A stretch of 64,000 nucleotides of DNA, from assembly GCA_965113315.1 (NCBI GenBank), contig OZ220375.1; one strand, given 5' to 3'. A program made the translations under genes and the position numbers. This stretch comes from Podarcis vaucheri (lineage: Eukaryota). This document shows, in pieces, positions 1-12,569 of the stretch (its first letter is position 1; every line of letters starts with the position of its first letter). The notes below the pieces were generated by a model. It saw only the letters and a program-made list of their open reading frames with translations, had not been told where the DNA came from and made no database searches.

Positions 1-3000
1 TGTTCATAATCCCCAAGAAACCTAGGGACAATAGCACTGAGAGATGGAGGAAGATTTATAAGGATCTCTTAACACAGAATTTCCAATAACCTTACAATCA
101 ACTGCAATTCCCAGGAAAGAGTTTTTGTGCCTGTGAGCTATAGAGTTTAATTGGTATAAACTGATATAATTTGTCATAAATGCATTCCCATGTCCGATTT
201 AGGTGTGATAGCAAACAATGGCTTGTTGTTATGAGAGCAAGCCTGCACAAAGCTCAAGCTAGCACACCCAGTCCTCCCCTCTCTTCATTTTCTGCATGCA
301 CAAAAAGAAGATAAAAACTTCCACTTTTGAACTAGTTACAGTTCCCCATTATTTCCAAATTTGGGAATCTGTGATTTTGCCTAACTAACAGGTAGTTAAT
401 AAACCAGGATTTTAAAGCATAGTTTGGTCCTGGTTTTTTTTTTAACTAACCACAGAACAAACCTGATTTTCCAAGTTAAGAATAATGGGGAACTGGTTCA
501 TTCACATGACTGTCATTGATTCTCAGGTTGGCTGACTTCCCACACCCTCAAATCAGTCCCAGAAGCCCCTTGGTTATATCTATAAGAGAGCTATTTTATG
601 GGCATTAAAAAGAAGTTACTTTCACATGAGATTACTCCTTTGATCAATTTGGACTGTGAAAAAATGTTACAACTGGGTACAATGCAGCAGACAAAAGTCT
701 AATAAAATAGCCAGTGCTGACTTTGAACAATCATATCTCTGCTAAATAAGCCAAGATGTACACAAGCATTTTGCCTCTGTTCTTGCACTGTTGGTGTGCC
801 ACAATAAGCCATGAAATTGTGAATTAACCACAATTTCCTACTTCATCTAAACTGGGAAACTATGGTCACTAGGCTTGGAACAAGCCAGGATCTTAAACCA
901 TGGTTTGAAGGCGACTTAAGGTCCTGCCCTGTCCTGAACATGATAATGATAGTGTCTTGGTTCAAATGAAATGGAAAAATACAGTTAATAATTGAAGGCT
1001 TCCAAGTTCAACTACAATACTCTGAGAATGGAGGAAGGGGTTGCATGTGCAGACACAAGCCTCATTCATATTTTGATTTATCTGGCTGAGATATGATTGT
1101 CTGAATGAAGACTTGTCTCCACTGTCCTTCTCTCAATAGACATGCTGTTACCTTCTTCTGTTTGCTTTTAGCTTGTCTTATTGCTCCTCATTTAACACAA
1201 AGGTTTCTAAAGTCTTTATGGGTACAAATGTAGCTTTGGCAACAGCAGACCAAATGCTTTGAGTAATAAGCTTAAACTACAAAAAGCAGGCTACTTATAC
1301 TGTTACAATGAAGAGTAAGAGGAGATTTTGAACTTCTACTAGTTATGAGAACCAAAGTATAGAAGGCATAAGAGAAGAGTATTTGTCATTTTATCTCTTA
1401 AATGTGAATGGTAGGTAGCTTCTTCAACTGGTCAAGAACTGGTAACTGTTTACTATGGATAGCTTGACACAGACTATGGGTTAAGCACCCACTGTCTGAA
1501 CTAAATGAGTTTGCTCCTGTCTGGTTAGCATAAGAGAAATGAACTACATGTTCTTTTAATATATCTTGCTCTTGAATTTTTACAATGGTACTGTAACTTT
1601 TGTTAGCTGCCATGGCATCCTGTTGGGATAGATAGAAAGTTGGGACAGAAATATTTTAAATAAACAAATAAACATGTTTTATCAAATGTGTAGTGGTGGA
1701 AGGGGAAAGGTTTCTAAGCTCTCTGAGAGCTGATCACTTGGCCACCACAATGATATGCAGCTACTGGTGTTGATAAGTTTAATGACAACAAGGTATCTAT
1801 GACCTTTAAGGTCAACATTTAATAGACCAGCTCTGTACTCCATAAGGCTAATCAGATGCTGATGAAGATGTGATGCATTTAGCACAGGCTTTACATGAAG
1901 TAAATAATGGTTAACGTATAAATCAGTTTGGCCAGTGCCTACCAGCTGCCATTTCATAACCACAAGATAGCTTGTTTTTGTGCAACTCTGGCTATCACAC
2001 ATCAGCCATCAAGGATATGAATGTCTTTACCCTGTGAATGCAAGGCCTGCCAACAAGAACCAAGAGGAACAGCATTGAACTATGGGATACCAATCACTTC
2101 AGCTACGCATAATATTCGTTCCTAGAGAGCGACTTTTAAGACTGCTTATGGAACAAGCAACAAGGTTGAGGACAGAATCCTCCCCTATTAAGCTCACTTT
2201 CAGACCACACATAAAATATTTTGGCTGCCACAGGGGTCATCCTGCCTCCATCACTGGCTCAGTCAAGATCCAGAACTACTTCCAAGTTGAGGAATTCTCT
2301 TTAAAAACTGTAAGGAGACATCTTCCAACAGTTCACTCTTCGTTTCCTAAGCCTCTTACAAAACATAGTTTTACATTTTTCAAAAGTGCATTAATTGGAA
2401 AAACTGGAGCTGTGCAAATTTGCAAATCTTAACACACCTAAAAAAATATTCAGTCAGATTGGTCCTATACTTTTCAAACAAGCAGTGGTGCTTTGCTGTT
2501 TGTTTGTTTTTCTCTTTTACAACTGCTAATTGCTTGGGGAACCGGTTTTTAATGGTAGCTGAGGCACTGAAGATTCCCATCTTCCAGAACATCTACAAAG
2601 GGAACATACCACTCTGTATTATACCCCACTGACAAAATAGAATTCTTTCACCAAAATACATCAGCTACAGAGAATGCCTCTATGTATGGAGTTTGCAACA
2701 CATCAGAGCATCTCTCACTTCCTGTTTTCAGCTTGGCCACCCTTCAAAACCACTGCTTTTTGCAGTCCTGCTGGGCCAACTCTCTGAACACTCACATAAT
2801 AAAACGCCAGCCTTGCTGCGTCCTGTCTTTTCCTCTGGGGCTTACTTATATGAGTTGACAGTGTGCACAACATTCTACTCCCTCTTGCATTGTTTCAGAT
2901 TTATAAACATTTTCTTACAAACATGAGGCTTTTGAATTCTGCTCTGTGACAGAGAACTCTCCTTGCCGGCATCTTACAGCCATCAATAATCCCACACCCA

Positions 3001-3321
3001 GGGAAGGAAAAAGCCCTTTAGGATACATCAGGCTCCTACAATGTGTGGTGCCTCCAACCCCCTTGCGGGATGGGAACAGGTCAGGGGAGTGGGCACTGGC
3101 TAAATTTGGTGATTGTTATTGTTGCAGGGCATTGCAAGTCCAGAAGGAAAGTATACCTCTCTCTCTTGTTGTAGTTGTTCTTTTTTTGTGTTGTTGTTTT
3201 TTCTTTTGTTTTTGCATATAACATTAAATATTGTCGCTTACAGTATCACATGCAAATACATGCTGGCTTGGAAAATGCAGATTCTAAATAGTTTAGCTCG
3301 GCGACACTATTCCTTAAGCTT

Positions 3322-4218
3322 TTATTTTGTCTGTCTCAGCAGCAATGCTTTGAAAAATAATATGTCCCGTACTCTGCTGCTAAATAATGTGTCCCCATAT
3401 TCTGTTGCTCCAGGAGAAGCTTACAGGTGAAATATTTCCCCACACATGGTCGCCAACAAATGTTCTGATCCTGTTGTTCTATATATATATATATCTGCTG
3501 AAAAATAGGTTTATTTTTGTTTTCCTGCATTTCATTTTTGTTGTTGTTGAGTCTCTTTATTTCTCCCCGCTCCTTTTTTTTTTTGCAATCAGATCAAAGC
3601 GCCACTCCATCCCAGCTTCGGATGGAATCAGGAAAAAAAATCACAGTGAAAGCACTCACCTTAACAAGGAGTGCTCCATTATCGTTTTTTTTCTGTGTGC
3701 GGAAAACGAAAAAAGGAACAGAAGAGAAGTGGGGCGGGGAGACATGAAGGAAGAAGGCTGGGTCTCTTAAGCTTTCTCCTTCAGACCCAGTCAAATCCTG
3801 GAATTTCCTGCTCCCCAACCACATTCTGGTTTCCATGCCTGCCCTCAGCTCCTTCATCTGTAGGAACTTGAGTGTTCTTGGAATATCTACATCATAGGAA
3901 AGTCATTATCATGCATCAGGCAGAAGGGAGCACTTGACCTTATTGCTTGTGATTGATGGAAGATCCATGCACAAAAGAGAACAATTCCAAGGAAAGATAA
4001 TAGAAGGCCAAAGGCAGATGGGTGGGGTGGCCTTCTCCAGGGAGACGGTGGAGTGTCCATGTGTTCAAAGAACCAGAATTGCTCAGTAAGTAAGGAGGGA
4101 GAGAGAAAGAGACAGAGAGAGAGAGAGAGAGACTGGATGGATATCTAAAGTGTGGATAGTTTTGACACTTGGAAAGATGTTTTATGGAGATGGGTAGACT
4201 GAAAACTGATTACAGTGT

Positions 4219-4259
<41 letters not shown>

Positions 4260-4809
4260 CCAAGGAAGTTTGTCACTAAGCTCTATGGCTCATTGCAGTC
4301 CTGAGTAAGATGATGAAAAGGGGAAGAGCACTAAAGGGAGAGAAATAAAGCGCAAAGCCAGGGCCAGAGAAAAATCGTGCACTCTAGTGAGGTTGAAGAG
4401 GGGGAGAAATGCAGGCAACCCAGAGAGGAGGGCCAGAGCCCCTTTCCTGCAGTGTCCATCTCTCGGTGACCTCCTCCTCTTTGGAGTATTTGGATTTTCT
4501 GAGCAAGCCAGCCCCCCGCATTCACCCTCCCGCCGGTAAATTATTTAAGCCCCACTCTTGATCCATAGCCACGGGAACAGAAGGCTTCAGGCCTCGGGAT
4601 TCTCATGGACACTCCAGAAAGTGCAAACTTTAGTGCAACACCACCTGTGAGATGCCTCCTGTGTTATACTTGTTCCAATGCATTTGACCGCCTTTGTTTT
4701 CTTTTTCCTTTTTTTTGGCATTACCTTATTTTTTTTCTTTTTCTTCTCTATATATTTTTTAAAAAATAAACGAACATACAAGCTAACCCCAAGCATCCCT
4801 GGTGCGTCT
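3322..4809 (-). other. KCNC3: KCNC3 3' UTR with candidate AATAAA signals (3556-3561, 3510-3515, 3322-3327 on the minus strand)
   Basis: Follows the terminal stop codon. TTTATT occurs on the plus strand at the stated positions. The true 3' end cannot be determined from sequence alone. Confidence 0.55.
4220..4256. repeat. (AG)n microsatellite in the 3' UTR
   Basis: Direct read. Confidence 0.95.
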
Positions 4810-4931
4810 CTATAGGATGGAAGGGATGGGCGAGCGGGGACGTCGGACAGAACCAGGCGAGCCGAAAGGAGTGGGCGCCGGAGACAGGCGCAGTCCAGCA
4901 ATGCTGTTCAGGCTGTGGGACTTCTCATAGC
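4810..4931 (-). CDS. KCNC3: Kv3.3 terminal exon, C-terminus [40 protein letters not shown]
   Basis: Acceptor ccaacag|GC, phase 1. The peptide matches the Kv3-family GYEKSRSL...RSPIPSIL tail. Stop TAG at 4812-4810. Joined to the three core exons it gives a 616-aa protein. Missed by the ORF track. Confidence 0.92.
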
Positions 4932-6357
4932 CTGTTGGAAGCGCTGTGGGGAAAGGAGAGAAGTGAAAGGGGTGAACAGGGGAAGAGGAACACAGGTCAA
5001 GTTATGGCCCTGACTCTCTCACAGTAGGGACTCTGGCACTAGCAACCATAGCAGTATGCTAGAGGAGGGAGCTGCCCTCTGCTACACTTCATATGCCTGA
5101 TATACTAGATTCTTGGTCCTCTTAGCTCAGCACTGGCCACATCTGGAGATTTGTTGATGGCTTCATACATTCAATGAAGCTGTACCTGCGCACTGTGGCC
5201 TGGTGCTTCTCTTTCAACCTTCCCTTCATGCCCTGGGATTTGGCAAAGATTTTGCTTTTACCAAAAGTTCCCTATTAGGTCTGAAGCAAGGAACTTTGTC
5301 TTGACGCTGATTAACAAACCAAGATAATTTTGGCTGAGCAAATCCCAGCTTGTTAAATGACATTAAGCCAAATTTATGAAGGTTTATGAAGCCGCTGGCT
5401 GATGTTCAAACATAGCCACTGTCTTACTCTAATTGCCAGCAGTTCTCCAAGGTTTCAAGCCGAGGTCTTTCTCAGACTTGCCACTTGAAAATTAAAGGAA
5501 TTGAATCTGGGGTGTTCTGCACACAGTGCTTGTGCTCTGCCGCTGAACTATAACCCTTCCCCAGTGCTGCTGCTCTAGATTGCTAGAGGGCAGAGTTGTA
5601 GCTATCAGCTCAGCAAGCTTCAGATGCCACATGCGGACAAAATGTCCCAGAAAGCTGTGCAAAGCCGCCAACCCTGGTTTGGGTTCCTTGGGCTGTCAGT
5701 CAGCCTGTGCCTGCCTGCTTCTCATACCACCATTCCTGACCATCTCCCAAATCAATGTTACCTTCTACAACCAGTCTCAGGCTCAACCTTCCATGTTGAA
5801 CTTGGAAACATTATCCCACAATCATAGTTCTAAGCCAAAGCATTCCTTAACTGGAAGCTCTGTGGCCTCAGTCTTGAAGAGCATGAGCTGTTAGCTGAAA
5901 CTGAACTTGCTGAGGGCCAAACTAGACGTGACCTTAAATGGATGCCTCTTTGCATTTAACATTCAGCCTTAAAAAACAAAGCAAAACTCTTAGCATCAGC
6001 TGGAGGGAGCTGATCATGTTTAGAACCACAGCAGCTGTGGAGGGAGGGGGAATCCTGCATCTGAAACTGGTACTGTACCGCACTGTGAAGAAATCTCCCA
6101 TTTGCCCCAGTTTCTTCTTCCTGCAAAGATCAGCTTCAAAGGAACACTTTCTGTCAAGACCACAGCAAAGGAGGAAAAGGTTAAACTTTCCCTCCCTGCT
6201 TGGTAATGATATTGATAATTATTAGCCCCTGCCCCCAGTAGTGGCTGTTTTGCATTTTTGAAACCCAAAAAGACACATTAAGTATCACGGCTATTTTGGC
6301 CGTTAAGAATCTGCCTTGGCAAGCCATTGTTTCTTCTCATCCTATAATAAAGGGATG

Positions 6358-6401
<44 letters not shown>
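6358..6401. repeat. (AAT)n microsatellite
   Basis: Direct read. Confidence 0.95.
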
Positions 6402-6415
6402 TAGGACTACAGCTC

Positions 6416-6552
6416 AGCTGGGAAAGCTCAGTCAGTAGACCATGAGACTCTTAATCTCAGAGTCATGGATTTGAGCCTGACATTGAGCAAAATATTCCTG
6501 CACTGCAGTGGGTTAGACTAGATAACCCTTCCAACTCTGTGATTCTATGATA
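6416..6552 (+). mobile_element. tRNA-Lys(CTT)-derived SINE with CR1-type 3' tail
   Basis: Degenerate tRNA-Lys head AGCTCAGTCAGTAGACCATGAGACTCTTAATCTCAG, followed by ttcctgcactgcag...cttccaactctgtgattctatga. Confidence 0.8.
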
Positions 6553-7936
6553 CTATTCATAGAATAGTCTTAGTTGATTAAATCTGAATGAATTTGTGTT
6601 TGACCCAAATCATAATTTAGACGAAAAAGCCATACTTGTCTTTAGTTGGTTAACCTACCTGATTAATCAATTAAATGTTGCAGCCGTAATAATTAGGGCT
6701 GCTGTCAAGGGTTGCCACTGTTGACCCTCAGAGCCTCCTAGCCTGACTGCTCCTCCACTCTGCTCTTGATGCAGCCTGTTCATCTACCTTATATGGGTGA
6801 GGAGAACCTCTACATGCCTCTGCAGTAACCTCTGCATGTTTTGCCCTTTCCCTCTAGAAAGTGCTGTGAATTGGGCACAGAGGGTGAGGCCAGGAAATGG
6901 GCAATGGGAACAGTGGCAAGCAGAACAAAGTGGGCCTGTTTGGCTGATGGGAACACTGAGAATGTCTTGCCCAAGGGACTGTTCCCCCCCCCCCAAAAAA
7001 AAACCCCTCCTGAAATTAGCATTGCCAATAATAATACCGGCTTGGCTTACATGATTGCCATTTAAAGATTGTGGTGGGTTTTTTGTAAACATAATTAGAA
7101 AAAAGTAGCAAATAGTCTTTCATATAAGCTGATCTTATGCTGTGGGGAACTGACTATATGCTTTTCATTCTCTGGAGAATCCTAGTCTGGCTTCCTGCTG
7201 CTCCACCCTATATCATTTCCTACATCTCTCCTCTGTTTCCCTAGGAAGCAGAAATCCTCACTGCCCCCCATTACATGCTCACAGATAGGTTCCCCACAAA
7301 GCTAGGCATGCAACACAAGCAAAAACATGTACATCGTGCTCGCATTCCTCTTAAAACAGGCCAGGGGGACGAGATGCATGGGAATTGAGCCTGTTTTGAA
7401 CTGTAACATAGTTGCTTAGCATATTATGTGTGGAAGGGGGGCAGGTAAGTGCCCTCGTGGCATCCTACGTGGCACCTAGGGGCAGAAGGTGATCACTACA
7501 TGTGGTGTGTTCAGTCACAGCAGCTTCCAAGGGAAGGGACTGCAGTTTACAGTGCAGACAACACACAGTTGGAGCCTCTCTAAGAAAAAACTTATATACA
7601 CAAAAACAAATGAAGATATAAATAGATACTTACATGTCACTGATCTGCCATCGGAGTACATAATAAAGGACACCTCGGAGCTGAATAACATGTAATCACA
7701 TATGTATGCATGGGTTTGGAGGTCACAACAGACTGCATTATGTAGCATGAACTATGTATAAAATGTATGTGTTGGAACAATATGGTACTGGGTACGATGC
7801 AGACTGTGAACTAGAGCAGATATGTGTACGGATATTAATAGTATGCATTTAATCAGAATGTCTGATGGAGCAGTATGCAAAAATGACATCAACGGGGGTT
7901 GCATATTCTGCCCGTGGCCAAGCATGTATCACAATG

Positions 7937-8073
7937 CAGCCTTCCCCAATCTGGTGGCTTCCAGATGCTGCTGGCCTACAACTCCCAATAGCTCAGCCAG
8001 CATGGCCAGTGGTGAAGCATGATGGGAAATGTAGTCCAACAGCATCTAGAACGCACTGGGCTGTGGAAGGCTG
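7937..8073. mobile_element. Palindromic hAT-type MITE
   Basis: CAGCCTTCC...GGAAGGCTG ends, with internal tccagatg...ctacaactccca / tgggaaatgtagtcc...catct symmetry. Related copies at about 12720-12810, 34495-34620 and 59300-59365. Confidence 0.7.
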
Positions 8074-8877
8074 CCGTAGGGTGTGTGGACCTGCTTATCA
8101 GAATGCATGTAGTATGTGTTGCTAGTGTGTTAACACATGAACCACAACTGCAAGCATGTGCTGTGCTGGACCAATACGTAGCACGGTTATAAACAGTGTG
8201 TATGCATATTTATGAATACGGTGAAACTTCATGTACCACGTTTACAGCACACTACCTGTGACCCTGTGTGTCTGTGGCATGTCAATATATGTGCTGTGCA
8301 CTTCTGCAGCACACTGTATGTTGGAGTAGGATGTCTTAGAAACTATGCTGCATAACATGCACATGGAAAACATGCCACCACATATGCCTGTGGCATACTA
8401 CATGCCATGTAATGTGTTATGTTATGCATGCATGCAGATAAGCAGTGTCTATACAGCATGCTCTGTTTACCAGACTAGCATGTTACTGGATGTTTAAAGT
8501 ATGCAATACAGAGATGTCAGCCTTTTCTTCAGGGTATCACACTAAACCTACTGCAAAGCAAGGCCCAGTTTCTCTGCCCATGAAAGCCTCACAGTGAGGC
8601 TTACCTGCATGTGGAAGAGCTGCTCCACCATGGAGACAGCTGCATCTCAACACCACTACACAAAGGATCCGTGCATGAACAAGTGCTCCCAACTCAGCTC
8701 TGATCAGGGTGCAGAAAAAGGACCTTATTGCACAGAGTGTGATACCCTGAGGATTCCCATCTGCCAGGCAGCCCACCCCAGGAGCAGAAGCGACAACACG
8801 CTGAGATTGGATTGAAAGCATTGAGCAGGGCTGACCTGCCTCCGGGGGGGCGCTGGAGTTCACATGCCCAGCCAGTC

Positions 8878-8894
8878 TCAGGCGGTAATCAGAG
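8878..8894 (-). CDS. KCNC3: Kv3.3 short alternative C-terminus ALITA* (exon about 8894-8836)
   Basis: Strong acceptor gtgtctttctctgtctccag|CT. Phase-1 reading G|CT CTG ATT ACC GCC TGA resembles the ...RKALVTA end recalled for mammalian Kv3.3 variants. Donor CAG|gtcagc at 8835. Confidence 0.65.
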
Positions 8895-9515
8895 CTGGAG
8901 ACAGAGAAAGACACGGAGACCTGATCACACCGCGCTGAAAATGCTAAGCAGGACAGGTTGTGCAAGCGGCAAAGAGCAATGTTCACTTCCTTTGTGTGCA
9001 TGAGAAAGGGGGTTAATTTTGCAAGGAACTGATGCACACTTACTGATGCACACAACGGGAATGAGGAGGGGGAGAAAAACGGCACGTGCAAAAGTGCACA
9101 TTCCTCATGCTGCCAGGTGCACTTTTCAATGGCACAGGCAGCACTTGCATGAGAGTCAAATTTGCACATTCTGAGGATTGCTTCACAGATGTTTCCTGTG
9201 TACAAGTCACTTCTGTGAAACAAAACTTCAGACACACGGAGCTTATCTCTTCTATTTGCATATGCAAGTTTTCATAACCATGTGCAACCCAGCAGTAAGT
9301 TGCACATTTAGCCCATTTTGCAAGAGCAGAAAAAGCTTCACCTGCAAACAGGTACAAATGCAGATGTGCAAACACTTTGATTGTGTTTGTCACATTTCCT
9401 TTCATTTGCTTATCCAGGTTTTGCATGTGCAGATGGAGAGCAGAGCTTCCCTGGCATGCAGCACTTTTTGAACATGTTCACCAGGTGCCCAGTTTCACAC
9501 TTACCTCTTCTTTAC

Positions 9516-9517
<2 letters not shown>

Positions 9518-9548
<31 letters not shown>
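9518..9548. repeat. (CA)n microsatellite
   Basis: Direct read. Confidence 0.95.
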
Positions 9549-9552
<4 letters not shown>

Positions 9553-9961
9553 TTGATTTTACAACCACAACAAAGGTGCACCTTTATCTCCTTCACACTT
9601 TTAAATAGGATTTTGCACATAGGTCTCAATTCCATATGCATGGCAATCTGCACCAGGAAACAGGATAGTGGAGATTGTCTACAGATGGAGAGAGGAGTGC
9701 AGCCACAGGATTTGCAATAGTGGCTTTCTGGCACCAGACCCGTTGGACAGCAGTTTAGAAAGGGGATGCTGGGGATGGGCGAGTGTGTAGCTAATCCTAG
9801 GAAACCTCAAGGGCAGGCAGAATTAGTCATTCACCTTCTCATCTGGGGTGAGTTAAGAACTGCATCCAAGCAACCATGCATACAACCTTCATCTAAATTG
9901 ATGCCTTTGTTTCTTTAACACCACAGATGGATAAGAAAAGGAGATTAGACAGGCAAACAAC

Positions 9962-10241
9962 TAGGGTTGCCATATTTCAAACAGTGAAAATCCGGTTGTT
10001 GTGCTTTATTTATTTATTTTTATTTTTGAATAATTTTCTTCTGGCAAATTCGCAAAAGAAAGGATGTTTTTAAGCTATTTTTTAAGGAAAATCACCAAAA
10101 AACAACATTGTGCCAACACAGGTTGCCATATGTCCGGATTTTCCCGGACATTTTTTTAAAAAAGCAGATTATGCCCGGACACTGCTTCCAACTGCAGCTT
10201 TCAGGATATGTCTGGGAAATTCCGGACGTATGGAGACCCTA
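9962..10241. mobile_element. Non-autonomous DNA transposon (hAT/Blackjack-like MITE)
   Basis: Imperfect terminal inverted repeats TAGGGTTGCCATA ... TATGGAGACCCTA. Internal repeat of the terminus (GGTTGCCATATGTCCGG) and recurrent TCCGG/CCCGGAC motifs. No clear TSD. Confidence 0.7.
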
Positions 10242-10448
10242 GAATGGTCTTTTTCACAAGTCTGGTGTAAGAAGGCATTCTTTCTGATGCTCTCCTCCAC
10301 TTTCCCACCCCACCCCCATGCATTGGACGCTGGGGTGAGGCTGCAAGAGGTGTCAGCCTCATCCAAACGGCTCCCTGTGGAAAACGGAAAATATTCCCCC
10401 TGGGTGCAAAAAACAAGCAGGCTAAGGTGTGTGGAGTGAGTTACGTAC

Positions 10449-10491
10449 CTGGCTCACGCGGTCGGGGCGTTACGAGAATACAGGGTGGACC
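10449..10491 (-). CDS. KCNC3: Candidate 43-nt microexon giving C-terminus GSTLYSRNAPTA*
   Basis: Acceptor cgtcttgtag|GG and donor CAG|gtacgt. Stop at 10456-10454. Several CpGs are retained in 43 nt, unlike the flanks. Confidence 0.45.
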
Positions 10492-11918
10492 CTACAAGAC
10501 GTATGAAATGGGGCATTAATTGGAATCAAATATTGGTGCAGCCCATCTTTGGGGAGAACACGAGGGGAGCCCAGCATCTTAATAGGTCCTTGTGCAGTTC
10601 AAATATACTTATCCTTTGTGCTAACCTATCCCTATTTCCTTTTATGCTTCTAGCCTTACACCAAATCAAGCCCACACTCCCAAGTGCACTTCATTCCCCC
10701 ATCCCTCTTCCTCACCATCCCTGCTGACTCCTCCAGCAACACACATTTCTCAGTTTCATCTTCTGAGCATGATTCTTTACTCTGTGAGTGTGTGTTGTGG
10801 AGTACAGCTCCTGCACTCATCCCCACCCTGTTGTGTCTCTATGGGCATCCTCAAATCCAGAGCTATGGGGCCCCCCAATCGTGTTCCCTTCTGTGGACAG
10901 GCGCAATATTTGCCCTGAAAATGAAAACAGACAATATGAAATAAGCCACAAGCACATGGGATACCGGGGTGGGTGGGTTGTAAAGACATCTGAGTGCCTA
11001 TAGTTATGAAAGGTGGGGAAAGGGGTAGAAATATAGAGCTCCCCTCTCAAAGCAAACAGAATTCAGAGCTGTTTCATGATGGGCCTAGTTTAGAGACAAC
11101 ATCCCTACCAGAAACTTAAGCTGCAGTCCTGTACACACTTATACAGAATGCTCCCATTGAGTGGTGGGACTAAGAATACATAACTGCATATACTCGCATT
11201 CATATTTTCTTGCCTTGCCTCTCCCCTTTGTCCCTCTCACTGTCAAAATTGAGATTGTAAGCTCCTTGGGGTAGGGGCTCTTTGTTTTTTGTTTTACTTT
11301 GTTAAGCTTGAGTTGTGATTTTGAAAATAATAGACCTGGCTTGCCAGTAGTACATGTGAAAAGGATCTAGGGGTCTAGAATGACTCTTGGAGTCCCTTCC
11401 AACTCTGCGATACTATGACATGGTCTACCAACCTATCAGCATTTCATTGTAATTTACTGCTTATTAATAGTCTAGGATGACTGGTCAATGGCTGGCTGAT
11501 CAACAGACGCTACTAGTCAGGAGAAGGCCACTAGATAGGAGAGGAATCTCTCTGGTCCTTTGAACAAGGTCACTTCTACACTACCTGTTTAATGAGTGTT
11601 TATTCTGATTTTTTTTTTGAGAGATTAGATGCTATCAGCACATTCCCCCTGATTTGTTTGTGGGGAGAATAGATAGTGCTGTGTCAAGCAAGTGTTATCC
11701 CTAAGTTTCCAGTTTCTGTCACCTTCTGTTTTTGGGTGTGGGCGGGGTGGGGCAGCAGGTTTGTTGTACAGGACTTCCCAATCAACTATAATTGCACAGC
11801 CTGAATTTGCCAGTATGTGACTGAATCCTACCCCAAAATAGTGACAGTCTGGAAGCGCCCTGAGATACCTATCAGAACTTGGAGAAAGTAATGCTTTTTC
11901 TGGTGAACAGTGGGACTG

Positions 11919-11920
<2 letters not shown>

Positions 11921-11964
<44 letters not shown>
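11921..11964. repeat. (GT)n microsatellite
   Basis: Direct read. Confidence 0.95.
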
Positions 11965-11969
<5 letters not shown>

Positions 11970-12542
11970 GAGCGAGTGACTGCAAAGTAGCAGTCCAGAA
12001 GGCTCAGAGCAAAGGGTTTCTATGTGGAGTTCGTTGAAATGAGTGATGGAGCCTGGGGGTTGCCCAAGATGCTCTCTCCCTGTAGCAGTGCCTGCTCGCT
12101 TCCACTTATATTCTGCTGGTATATTTGTCAAACAAATATATTGCCAAGGCACTCTTAGTGAATCTCTACCAGTGCTTTCCTATCCAAAGGAAATTAAGCC
12201 CACTGGTGCTGCCTCCAGAATTTCTCACAGCTCAGTGAAGGGGGTGTTTTTTGTGCAACTGTATGCTAAATGCATTTCACACATATGCAGGGCCTCTGGG
12301 GAACTGTGTGCAGTGTCTGTTCAAGGACAGGTTTCAGTTCATTCCAATCACCATGTCATTTTGGATTTTGAGAAAGGCAAGGCTAAACAGCTTTGCACAA
12401 ATCACACAAGCAGAGCCCCCCCTCCTTCCATGGAAATTTGAAGTAATACAGGTTTATAAATTGATGCATGAGGTGGAGAAAGTGGTTCAAGAGAAGTGGG
12501 GCTGGATCCAGGTTTTAGGGGCTGCCTGAGCAGGCTCTTCTT

Positions 12543-12559
12543 AACGCCCTCTAGTGCCT
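12543..12559 (-). promoter_or_regulatory. CTCF motif
   Basis: Reverse complement reads GGCACTAGAGGGCGT, with the same core as the 22888 site. Confidence 0.55.
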
Positions 12560-12569
12560 ACCCTCACTT

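Noticed and set aside
1-3100. Possible 3' end of a convergent neighbour gene (several plus-strand AATAAA)
   Set aside because: No coding exon is recognisable. The region is mostly decayed MITE-like and AT-rich sequence.
6416-6490. tRNA-Lys-like sequence (also about 31931-31990)
   Set aside because: Degenerate stems and B-box, fused to a CR1-type tail, so these are SINE heads rather than functional tRNA genes.
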